From Terrimicrobiaceae bacterium (GTDB lineage Bacteria; Verrucomicrobiota; Verrucomicrobiia; Chthoniobacterales; Terrimicrobiaceae): DNA of 19,732 nt. A program made the position numbers and the translations under genes. Shown here in pieces: positions 1 through 8,671 of this stretch; position 1 is the stretch's first letter; each line of letters opens with the position of its first letter. The stretch lies in assembly GCA_044342325.1 (NCBI GenBank), contig JBIIPZ010000046.1:1-19732 (forward strand), written 5' to 3'. The notes under the pieces are model-generated. The model saw nothing but the letters and a program-made list of their open reading frames with translations. It was not told where the DNA came from and searched no databases.

Positions 1-1
1 C

Positions 2-334
2 ACACTTCTCGGCGGTGGCTTCATGGGAAGCGGAGCGCTGAAGAGGCAAACGACGCTATCCGATCCGTCGCAGGTGGTGGTTTTTTTTACGGCAGCGCAG
101 GTGAATACCTTCCAGAGTCCGGCCTCAGCACGCAATCCGATGCTTGAGGAATTCTACGGCATCGATGAGCGCGAGGTCACTGCGCACTTTCGGCACGGTG
201 GCAAGGCGATGGTTTCCTTCGCTTCGGGAAATGCCGGCTTTTTACCTATGGATGAATTAACCCGCGATATGCGGAGTCCACAGGCGAACATCGGACGGTT
301 TGCACCGCGTGGAAGCACGAAGTTTTTGGAGTGA
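2..334 (+). CDS. 3' part of a prepilin-type N-terminal cleavage/methylation domain protein (H-X9-DG-like C-terminus); 5'-truncated by the window edge
   Basis: The frame is open from position 2 (TLLGGGFMGSG...). The C-terminal motif HFRHGGKAMVSFASGNA resembles the RH-x-G-x-AN-xx-F-x-DG-H motif of PVC prepilin-like proteins, with S in place of D. Confidence 0.65.
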   Translation, partial: TLLGGGFMGSGALKRQTTLSDPSQVVVFFTAAQVNTFQSPASARNPMLEEFYGIDEREVTAHFRHGGKAMVSFASGNAGFLPMDELTRDMRSPQANIGRFAPRGSTKFLE

Positions 335-468
335 TCGCGAATCTCTCTCATGCCGAAAGGGTTTTATTTTACCACGGAGAACACGGAGAGAGAAAATTAG
401 AAACGCTACTGAAGCAGGCAGAATATTTCCTATCAATCCCGCCATCCTGTCTTAAGTTTTTTGCTCCC

Positions 469-759
469 CTACTCAGTTTTTGGGGGTTCAGTGGCTCGGC
501 GGGCTGCTGCGTCGCGGGCAGCTTGGGCGGCTAGGCGAAGTTTGCCGAGATTTTGCTTGGTGAGCGAGGTCTGGGGATTGCGGATGGCTTCGAGGTTTTG
601 AGCTTTGATTTCCTCGTAAATTTCGCCTCGGTAGATCGGGATGGTTTTAGGAGCCTCGATACCGATGCGCACATTGTCGCCATCGATACGCTTTACGATC
701 AGAACGATATTGTCACCGATCTGGATCGTTTCGTTGATTTTTCGGGAAAGTGTAAGCAT
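469..759 (-). CDS. csrA: Carbon storage regulator CsrA with C-terminal extension
   Basis: [18 protein letters not shown]...[19 protein letters not shown] is the CsrA signature; the gene is adjacent to fliW. Confidence 0.96.
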   Translation of the reverse strand: MLTLSRKINETIQIGDNIVLIVKRIDGDNVRIGIEAPKTIPIYRGEIYEEIKAQNLEAIRNPQTSLTKQNLGKLRLAAQAARDAAARRATEPPKTE

Positions 760-782
760 CTGTCTGGTCTTTCTCTGGATGC

Positions 783-1232
783 TTACGCGGTTTCGTCGAT
801 GAGGACGTGGGTGGTCGAGTAGCTCTGATAGTTGAGCAGAACGACTTGTTTTCCGACCCTCGTGCGACGGTTGATAAGGATGGGAGCCGCGAGGTTAAGT
901 GTTACCTTCTGCGGTTCGTAGGACTTAATGGTGGCTACGTTAAGAATGAGGGGATTTGCGTCTGCTCCGACAAGACCGAGCATTTCGGCGTCAGCGTCGC
1001 CGATGTCGAGGCGGTAGTTCTCGACAAGTCCTACGGGCTCGACAGCTGGAATCTGAATCTCATCGCCTTCTACTGCTCTGAGGACCACGAATGGAAGGCT
1101 CTCTGGGTCGACGATGAGTTCGAACTTATTGAAATCCGGAAGGCCGATGAGACCCTCTGGCATGAAGAATTGGTTGTTCGTCTCATCAGGAACAAATTCC
1201 TGCTGACCCGAGATCGAGGCTTCAACGAGCAT
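783..1232 (-). CDS. fliW: Flagellar assembly factor FliW
   Basis: Motifs [10 protein letters not shown] and [23 protein letters not shown]; located between flgL and csrA. Confidence 0.93.
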   Translation of the reverse strand: MLVEASISGQQEFVPDETNNQFFMPEGLIGLPDFNKFELIVDPESLPFVVLRAVEGDEIQIPAVEPVGLVENYRLDIGDADAEMLGLVGADANPLILNVATIKSYEPQKVTLNLAAPILINRRTRVGKQVVLLNYQSYSTTHVLIDETA

Positions 1233-1253
1233 GATGGAGATTGGCTAACGAAA

Positions 1254-2420
1254 TCAGCGCAGGTAGTCGAGCAGAGAATTGTTTTGGATTCTCGCGCCGC
1301 TCTGGATCGCCGCTTGATAGGCCATTTGAGCGCGGTTCAAGCGCACGGTGGCCTCGGCAAAATCGATGTCGGCATCCGTCGAAATAAGTTTCTCTGTGCC
1401 TTCATAGCGAACCTCCAAATCCTTCATCGCTGTCTCGAGGCGGTATTGGATGGTGCCAGCGCGGGAGAGAGCAGAGAGGATGGTGTCTTCAACAGTGTCC
1501 AAACGAACTTTCGAGACGGTAGATGCCATGTCGATCTGTTGCGTTAAAGTTTCTGGTGTCCCATTAGGAGTCTTCGAAACCCCTTTGTTTCCTGACCCGA
1601 GGTCCACGACATAATATCTTTGTCCCGACTGAAGAGGCGTGCCCTTTCCTGCGGTGAAATCAAAAGTAACCGCATCACCAACTTTGAGGTCGGCGGGGAG
1701 ATTGATTGTGGTGCCCGGCTCTGTAATGGCAGGAAGTTTAACAGGCACTTCAGCACGGAGATCAAGAATGGATTGTGTTTTGGTCGCCGAGGCAGGCGCA
1801 GACATGGCATTCCGGATTCCATTCATTCTATTCAAAAGATCGGCGATTCCTTGGTTCTCATCAGGCAAAGCGCCAACAACTATTTCAGCAGAGACACCTT
1901 CTCCAATATGAATAGGCGACGCTACAGTTCCACCATTATACGAAATGTCTCCAGTATTCGGATTACGAGTGAATGGAGTAGTTGCACCGCCATTAAATCC
2001 AGTATTCTTATCTCCTGAAAAAAGAAAATTTCCTCTGAGTTTGGTGTTGGCTACATTGAGTCCTTGTTGCACGAGTTGCTCAATTTCTGATGCCTTGGCC
2101 TTGAATTCCTGCTCCGAAGTGGCACCACTAATATTTGCAGCAAGTTCGGATGACCGGACAAGAAGGTCTTTGATTTGCTCAAGCGAAGAGAATGTGACCT
2201 TGCTTTTTTCCAAACCATCCGTCGCGTTGCGATAGAATTGCTGATTCTGTTTTTTCTCCGTTCGGAGGTTGAGAATACGCTGCATGGCGGGCGCATCATC
2301 GCTGGGAGCAGCGATGCGCTGGCCAGTGCTAAGCTGGGTAAGGGCTTTGTTTTGCTCACTGCCGAGCGATTGAAGACGGCCGAGCAAGGTATCTGGGAAG
2401 GTATTAAAAGTGACTCTCAT
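1254..2420 (-). CDS. flgL: Flagellar hook-associated protein 3 FlgL with a variable central insert
   Basis: Flagellin-type N-terminus (MRVT...QLSTGQRIAAPSDDA, ANTKLRGNFLFSG) and C-terminus (DIDFAEA...AYQAAIQSGARIQNNSLLDYLR); immediately downstream of flgK. Confidence 0.93.
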   Translation of the reverse strand: MRVTFNTFPDTLLGRLQSLGSEQNKALTQLSTGQRIAAPSDDAPAMQRILNLRTEKKQNQQFYRNATDGLEKSKVTFSSLEQIKDLLVRSSELAANISGATSEQEFKAKASEIEQLVQQGLNVANTKLRGNFLFSGDKNTGFNGGATTPFTRNPNTGDISYNGGTVASPIHIGEGVSAEIVVGALPDENQGIADLLNRMNGIRNAMSAPASATKTQSILDLRAEVPVKLPAITEPGTTINLPADLKVGDAVTFDFTAGKGTPLQSGQRYYVVDLGSGNKGVSKTPNGTPETLTQQIDMASTVSKVRLDTVEDTILSALSRAGTIQYRLETAMKDLEVRYEGTEKLISTDADIDFAEATVRLNRAQMAYQAAIQSGARIQNNSLLDYLR

Positions 2421-2434
2421 GGCTTTTTACTTTC

Positions 2435-4330
2435 TTAGCCTACTCCGAGGCGATTGACAACTTGTTCGAGTAAAGTGTCGATGACATTGATGTGGCGAGC
2501 CGAAGCTTGAAAGCTCCGCTGGAATTTCATCATGTCCGTCATTTCCTCGTCTTGCGAAACGCCGCTATATTGGTCGCGGTTGTTGAGGGCCATTTCCTGG
2601 CTGAGTTTTTGGTCCTCCAAGCGGATATTGGTTGTGTTCAGTTTCTGACCAAGGGTGGTGACGGTCTTGTTGAAGTTGGATGCGAATGAGCCTGAAAAAT
2701 CCAATTTGCGGCCTTGCACGGCAATCGTCGTCTGATCATTTTTTGTTACGGATACTTCACCTGTCAAATTAGCATAAACTGGTAGCACAGCACTAGACTT
2801 TAACATGAATGAATTGTCACTCAACTTTTCAACAATATAGTTAGTAGTTGATCCAGATGTCGTAATAGAAACACTATCACCATTATTCAGACCATGCGCT
2901 TGGAAAGTAAACTCAGATTTTGTAACAGGCTCGTAAATTTCAGTTCCCAACTCCGCAACTTTGAGAGCACGTTTATTTCCGCCATCACTTCCTGCTGTTG
3001 GCGAAGTCGCAGTGAACTGCATGTTTAATAGACCGGTGGGGGTTACTGAAAATTCGAACAAGTTTCCTGTTCCGCTATTGGCATTGTAGGTATTGTTGAC
3101 TTCTTGCTTTAGCTGAATTGCGAGGTCTTTGATCTGGTCGCGAGTTTTTTGGACTTCATTCGTTGCAGCCTCTTGTTGGGCTCTTAATTTTCCTGACGCG
3201 ATCGGAGAAGAGGCGGTATACTGAACATCTACAGGACCAGATATGGTGATGGTAGGAGGAGTTGTGTAACCTGCTCCTGGGTTTGTAACAGTAAAAGACG
3301 TGATTTTGTTGTTTAGAATAACTGGTGTAACTCTGGCTCCAGTTCCTCCTCCGCCCGAAATAGTGACAGTCGGCAACGGTGACGCGGGGTAACCTTCTCT
3401 TAAATTGTCAGGGAGCTGAACTTTCGAGATCCCAGTATTGTTATTAAGTTCAGCAGTTGCCGTAAATGTTGGAAAATTAAAAGTAAACTGCTTAGAGGTC
3501 TCGTTGTATTCGTAAGCTCCAAGGACATTTTTGCGGTCGACCAAAATGGTTGTTCCGGAGCGAACGACGATTTGGCCTAAACCGTTCGGGTCGGGTTGGC
3601 CTGTGGAGTCCTCCACGGGACCAAACTGAACATCAATGTATTGAGCCAATTCTTCGAGTTTGGCTTGGCGCTGATCGCGAAGATCGACAGCGGAGAAGGG
3701 TTTAACAAGCTCGGCCTTGGCGATGTATTCGTTTGTCTTAGCGATTTCAGCCAAGAGTCCGTTTACGATGCCGACATCGGTTTGAATCTGGGCATCGGCA
3801 TCTGTCTGGACTTGGGCCAGGCGCTTGTCGGTGGCATTGATTTTATCGGCCAGAATCTGAGCTTTGGCGATGAGGAGTTGTTTCTCACCCACATCATTGG
3901 GTTTGACGGAAAAACTTTCCCAGGCATTGAAGAAATCGGTGATTGCGTCGCTGATGCCACCGCCGTTGGCGCCGGTGGCATTTTGAATGGAGGTCGAGTC
4001 TTTGGTGCGGTCGAGGAATTGACCCAGGGCGGTTTCGGCGCTTTCGAGGACTTTTTTGGCAGCTTCGAGGGAGCTGGTGGAAGTGATTTCACGCATGACG
4101 CTCTTGTCGAGGAGTGAGTCGCGGTTTTGGCGAAGACCCATGGCTTCGACGCCCATGCTCTCTGTGGCGATGCCGGTGTCGATGGAACCTCTGTCACCGA
4201 TTTCGACGCGTTCTTTTGAGTAGCCGCGGTTATTGATGTTCGCGAGGTTTTTGCCTGCGACTTCAAGACCTTTAGAGTGGACGCGGAGGGCGCCACTGCT
4301 GTTTTGGAGTGATCCGATGAGGCCTGACAT
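2435..4330 (-). CDS. flgK: Flagellar hook-associated protein 1 FlgK with inserted domains
   Basis: N-terminal [17 protein letters not shown], internal [14 protein letters not shown], and C-terminal [24 protein letters not shown]. Confidence 0.95.
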   Translation of the reverse strand: [631 protein letters not shown]

Positions 4331-4377
4331 ATTTTAACTTCCTTGTTGAGTTTTCGAGGCGGCTTGGCCTGAATCCT

Positions 4378-4878
4378 TCAGGCGACAGCCGCTGTGAATT
4401 TTTCCTGTATGTATGATGTTCTGATCTGTCCGTGAGCCCCGTAGGTGCCTGGCATGGCTCCGGGGTTTCTTACTCCTAGCAATTGTCGTGCCGACTCCAC
4501 ACACTGGGCGAGAAGCATCCGGTTTTGGCGAGTGCGGCGCTGGGTGCGGGTGATGAGGTCGTTGATCTCATCGATGAGGGCTCGAAGGAGCGGTTGATGC
4601 TCGGGTTGGAAGGTGTGCGTAAGAGTGGAAAGGGTAATATCAGCGGGTTTTCCAATCGCAACAGCCGTCTGACGAACTAATTCCTCCCGTTGCTCGCGAA
4701 TATGCGTGAGTTTGGCGATCTGCTCGTCGACATCGATATTGATGTCCAAAAATCCCGTCGGATCTTGGTGGATGATGCAATTTTGCTGACGATCGAAGAG
4801 GTGGAGCAGACCTCCATACTCTTGGAGTTCGTTTTGCAATGCGGATACGATCTCTTTGAATTTCTCTTGGATGTTCAT
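4378..4878 (-). CDS. flgN: Flagellar export chaperone FlgN
   Basis: 166-aa helical protein directly upstream of flgK, with RQNRMLL and a C-terminal TYGAHG motif typical of FlgN. Confidence 0.8.
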   Translation of the reverse strand: MNIQEKFKEIVSALQNELQEYGGLLHLFDRQQNCIIHQDPTGFLDINIDVDEQIAKLTHIREQREELVRQTAVAIGKPADITLSTLTHTFQPEHQPLLRALIDEINDLITRTQRRTRQNRMLLAQCVESARQLLGVRNPGAMPGTYGAHGQIRTSYIQEKFTAAVA

Positions 4879-4882
4879 ATTG

Positions 4883-5209
4883 TTAAATGGATTGAGGTTT
4901 CTTTAAAAGCTGGGCTTGGAGGAGCGAGGAGATGCCATTGGGACCTCCGCTTACGGATTCGGAAATGGTGTTGGATAGGAAATAATTGTAGGTTCCCGTC
5001 TTATCGGCTCCTGGGGTTTCTTGATTCATCATGGGCTGCAGGGCCTTTTCCAGCATGCTGCGCCAGAGGATCGATTCGAATTGTTTGCAGGAGTCGGCAA
5101 TTTTTGCATCCTCAGGTGAGGAAATTTTGCCGATTGCCGCAGTTTGAGCATGGGAGGGCATGGGAGTGAGACCCGACAAGGTTTTGGGAGTGAGGGCTGA
5201 GATTTCCAT
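4883..5209 (-). CDS. flgJ: Rod-binding protein (short FlgJ, no muramidase domain)
   Basis: The KQFESILWRSML rod-capping motif and GGPNGISSLLQAQL; follows flgI. Confidence 0.8.
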   Translation of the reverse strand: MEISALTPKTLSGLTPMPSHAQTAAIGKISSPEDAKIADSCKQFESILWRSMLEKALQPMMNQETPGADKTGTYNYFLSNTISESVSGGPNGISSLLQAQLLKKPQSI

Positions 5210-5211
5210 AA

Positions 5212-6363
5212 TTAGTTTAAGACGAGTTCGGCCTGAAGCGCACCGGCGCGTTTCATAGTTTGAAAGATGGACATCATATCGCGAGTGGAGACGCCAAGAG
5301 CATTGAGAGCGGCTGCGACCTTCTCGATGGTGGGAGCCTCCTCGACGACTTTGAAAGAGCCTTTCTGTTCATCCACGCCAGTTGTGGTGCTTGGCAGAAC
5401 AACGGTCTGTCCAGCGCCATTGCCGATGAGCGGGGCGTTCGGCTGGCTGGCCGTAAGTGTGGAAGCTATGGAAATGGTGAGCGAGCCGTGGCTGACAGCC
5501 ACCTTGGACACGCGGACATTGGATGTGGCCACAATCACGCCGGTGCGCTCATTGATGACGACACGGGCGACGGAGTCAGGCTCCAACTCGATGCCTCCCA
5601 GGCTGGCGAGGAAATTCACCTCGTAGGCGCTATATTCCGGCGGAACAATAACATTGACGGTGCGTCCATCGCGGGCCACTGCCGTATTCGGAAAAACACG
5701 ATTGATTGCCTCGGCCATGCGGGCGGCAGAGATGTAATCCGCCTCACGGAGATTGAGATTCATGGAACCATTTTGAACGATCTGGGTCGGAACCTCGCGT
5801 TCAACAATGGCACCATTCGGAATCGTGCCCACGGTCGGGAAATTTTTCTGAACGGTGGCTCCACCGGGGCCACCTTGACCGCCAAGAAAGCCACCGACGG
5901 CTATAGGACCTTGAGCTACGGCATAAACGGTCTTGTCGGCACCTTGGAGTGGCACTTGAAGGAGCACGCCTCCTTGGAGTGTCTTGGAATCACCTATGGA
6001 TGAAACTATAACATCCAAACGGGAGCCTGGTTTGGCGAATGGCCCGATATCGGCAGTCACCATAACGGCGGCAACATTGCCGGACTTGATGTCATCAGCG
6101 GGCACATTGATGCCATAGGTTTTCAAAGCATTGGCAATGCTCTGGAGTGTGGAGTCAATTTTACTGTCACCTGTTCCAGCAAGACCGACCACGAGACCAT
6201 AGCCATTCAATTGGTTATCCCGGGCGCCTTCGACATCAATGAGATCCTTGATGCGCGAACCACCGGAGTAGTTCAGAGTGATGGGCGAGGAATCACCGAC
6301 CTGGGCAGGAAGCGGTCCGGCGAGAATCGCTGTAAGAAGTGGAATGAGAGCGAGCTTTTTCAC
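5212..6363 (-). CDS. flgI: Flagellar P-ring protein FlgI
   Basis: Signal peptide, then RIKDL..VEGARDNQLNGYGLVVGLAGTGD, NVAAVMVTA, ARVVINERTG and MKRAGALQAEL. GTG start. Confidence 0.97.
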   Translation of the reverse strand: MKKLALIPLLTAILAGPLPAQVGDSSPITLNYSGGSRIKDLIDVEGARDNQLNGYGLVVGLAGTGDSKIDSTLQSIANALKTYGINVPADDIKSGNVAAVMVTADIGPFAKPGSRLDVIVSSIGDSKTLQGGVLLQVPLQGADKTVYAVAQGPIAVGGFLGGQGGPGGATVQKNFPTVGTIPNGAIVEREVPTQIVQNGSMNLNLREADYISAARMAEAINRVFPNTAVARDGRTVNVIVPPEYSAYEVNFLASLGGIELEPDSVARVVINERTGVIVATSNVRVSKVAVSHGSLTISIASTLTASQPNAPLIGNGAGQTVVLPSTTTGVDEQKGSFKVVEEAPTIEKVAAALNALGVSTRDMMSIFQTMKRAGALQAELVLN

Positions 6364-6375
6364 GATTTTAAAAAA

Positions 6376-7059
6376 TTAAGGCATCGGCTTGATTTTATCC
6401 CATATACGCACGAGCCAACCCTTTTTCTGGGCTTCAGTGAGCTCGCCTTCGGGAATAAACTCGACTTGGGCGTCAGCGATCTTGGTGGAGGGAATGGTAT
6501 TATCGGAGGCGATGTCGATCGGGCGGACAATGCCGCGCATGTAGGCGTATTGAGATTCCTGCCCGGCGCGGATGATCTTGGCGCCTTCCACGACGAGGTT
6601 TCCGTTTGGCAAAACATCCACCACCGTGACAGCGGTGCGGTTCGTTAAAGTGAGAGTGTTTTGGGTGTCACCGCCACCGTTCCACTCGCTCTTGGCGGCG
6701 ATATCGAGGGTTGGGATAGTCACATCATTCTCATCAACAGATCCACCAGATGATTTGCTCAGCCAGCTTGGCAGGGCTTGAACGAAACCGTTCAATGTTG
6801 CATTCAGTGCAGGAAAAATACCCGTGCCGCCTTGAGTATTCTCATAGGTCTTGATTCGAGCGGTCTGCTGGGTCGAGGTGTCCTCCGAGACCACAATCGT
6901 GAGGATATCGCCGATATTGCGGGCGATCTTATCGGCAAACATACTCTGCTCGGTGGAGCCTTCCTTCAGCCAAAGGGATCCGGCTTGGGCGGAGTTTCCC
7001 ATGAGGGTGAATGCGGAAAAGGCGCATACTGAAAAGAGAGATGCAGACGAAAATTTCAT
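6376..7059 (-). CDS. flgH: Flagellar L-ring protein FlgH
   Basis: FADKIARNIGDILTIVV, VVDVLPNGNLVVEG, GIVRPIDI and GWL motifs. Start placed at ATG 7059 rather than the TTG at 7071. Confidence 0.95.
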   Translation of the reverse strand: MKFSSASLFSVCAFSAFTLMGNSAQAGSLWLKEGSTEQSMFADKIARNIGDILTIVVSEDTSTQQTARIKTYENTQGGTGIFPALNATLNGFVQALPSWLSKSSGGSVDENDVTIPTLDIAAKSEWNGGGDTQNTLTLTNRTAVTVVDVLPNGNLVVEGAKIIRAGQESQYAYMRGIVRPIDIASDNTIPSTKIADAQVEFIPEGELTEAQKKGWLVRIWDKIKPMP

Positions 7060-7067
7060 ATTTGAAC

Positions 7068-7877
7068 TCAAAATTTGACTTGAACAGTGTTGATTCCGAC
7101 GACCTTGGCCTGAAAATCTTTCCGGCTATCGGGATTTCGGATACCTACCATCTCCCCAGCACCAGCCGTGCCAAGTGCCAAGCCCTTCATAGTGATGTTG
7201 AGCGATCCCTCGGAGACGATCACATCGACGAGTTGATTTTTGCGAACCAGCGGACGCAGGGAGAGATCGCGCGAGGTGAGTGGGCGATCTTGTCCCACGC
7301 CTTGCGCCATCTCGTAAATGGAAAGATCGGTATCCGCTGGCACATAGGAGAGGTTTTCGGCAAGGGTATCGATATTTTTCAATCCGCAGGAAGAGGCATC
7401 GGGCGTTGCTCCGCGATCAAGGCGGCGGGTGGCTACCCAAACCGGACGCCAGAGCGAGGCTCGAAGGATTTCCTGCCAGGATCCGACTTGATTGCCGCCG
7501 GATTCGATGTGGAACCGCACTTGGGATCTCGAAGAAAGGCCTCCCAGTGGCGCTTGATCGATGACGAGCTTCCAATCCCGGCCGTCGCGGAGTTCGAGAG
7601 GCTTCCAGTCTTGGGAAAGTGATAGCTTAAGGTCGCCCTCCAAAGAGTAGCGGGCGGTGAGTTCACGCTGCAAGGCGTCGACAATCTCGCGTTCGCCAAT
7701 AGTGACCATGCCTAGCGAAGTCACCACAGCAGGCGCTGCGGGCTCGGATTTTTGAAAAGTGGCGGCTACCGGATTCACAGGCGCATTGGCCAGCGGCGCA
7801 GTAATACCTCCCAGATCGGCAGCCTGCAAGGAGGCTACCGCCGCGATGGGAAGTAAAAATGCGGAGATACGATTCAT
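7068..7877 (-). CDS. flgA: Flagellar basal-body P-ring formation chaperone FlgA
   Basis: Signal peptide, SAF-like region (VWVATRRLDRG) and C-terminal LVRKNQLVDV...GLAL...GEMVGIRNPDS; lies between flgG and flgH with a TAATG overlap with flgG. Confidence 0.9.
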   Translation of the reverse strand: MNRISAFLLPIAAVASLQAADLGGITAPLANAPVNPVAATFQKSEPAAPAVVTSLGMVTIGEREIVDALQRELTARYSLEGDLKLSLSQDWKPLELRDGRDWKLVIDQAPLGGLSSRSQVRFHIESGGNQVGSWQEILRASLWRPVWVATRRLDRGATPDASSCGLKNIDTLAENLSYVPADTDLSIYEMAQGVGQDRPLTSRDLSLRPLVRKNQLVDVIVSEGSLNITMKGLALGTAGAGEMVGIRNPDSRKDFQAKVVGINTVQVKF

Positions 7878-8659
7878 TAACGCTTGATGTTATTCGCCTG
7901 CTCCATCATCTGATCCGAAGATTGGATGGCCTTGGCGTTCACCTCATACGCGCGCTGGGCGAGGATCATATTTACCATTTCCTCAGCGACATTGACGTTT
8001 GAAGTTTCGAGGTGGCTTTGGAGGAGTGAGCCGAATCCGGCTTGTGCGGGATTACCGAGGTTTGGAGCGCCACTGGCTGGTGTCTCGTCGAAAAGATTAC
8101 CGCCCGCGCTGCGAAGTCCAGCGGGGTTATTGAAGCGAACCAATTGGAGTTGGAAATTCTGTTGTCCACCAGGAGTCTCGACAGTGACCTGACCGGTTGA
8201 AGAAATAGTCACATTCTGGGCATCCACCGGGATCGGTTGGAAACCACCCAGAACGGGCAGACCGTCGTTGGTCACCACACGACCATCGGAACCGAGCTTG
8301 AATCCACCATCGCGAGTGTAAGCCGTAGTGCCGTCAGGACGCTGCACCTCGAAAAACCCATCACCTTGAATGGCGACATCCATTTTTTCGCCGGTTTGAG
8401 TGACTTGGCCTTGGGTGTAGATTTTTGCCGTCGAGACCACCCGGGTGCCATTTCCGACCTCCACCGATGTCGGCGTGAGGTTTCCCGCGCCCTGCTCTGC
8501 GCCGACCTCGCGCTTCTTCTGGTAGAGCATGTCCTGGAACTCGATTTTGTTTTTCTTGAAACCGGTTGTGTTCACATTCGCGAGGTTGTTCGCGATTGTG
8601 TTGAGGTTCATCTGTTGGGCTTCCATTCCTGTGGAAGCGGCTTGAAGTGCTCTTAACAT
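7877..8659 (-). CDS. flgG: Flagellar distal rod protein FlgG
   Basis: MLRAL..ASTGMEAQQ..IANNLANVNTTGFK, YTRDG and LETSNVNVAEEMVNMI; 260 aa. Confidence 0.97.
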   Translation of the reverse strand: MLRALQAASTGMEAQQMNLNTIANNLANVNTTGFKKNKIEFQDMLYQKKREVGAEQGAGNLTPTSVEVGNGTRVVSTAKIYTQGQVTQTGEKMDVAIQGDGFFEVQRPDGTTAYTRDGGFKLGSDGRVVTNDGLPVLGGFQPIPVDAQNVTISSTGQVTVETPGGQQNFQLQLVRFNNPAGLRSAGGNLFDETPASGAPNLGNPAQAGFGSLLQSHLETSNVNVAEEMVNMILAQRAYEVNAKAIQSSDQMMEQANNIKR

Positions 8660-8671
8660 ATTATTTTAGGG

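Noticed and set aside
1254..2420. Flagellin (fliC) call
   Set aside because: The MRVT start, N-x-x-x-x-G-x-F-LFSG motif, SLLDYLR end and position after flgK indicate FlgL.
4883..5209. Truncated flgJ as a pseudogene
   Set aside because: Single-domain rod-capping FlgJ is common outside beta/gamma-proteobacteria, and this ORF is intact and tightly packed.
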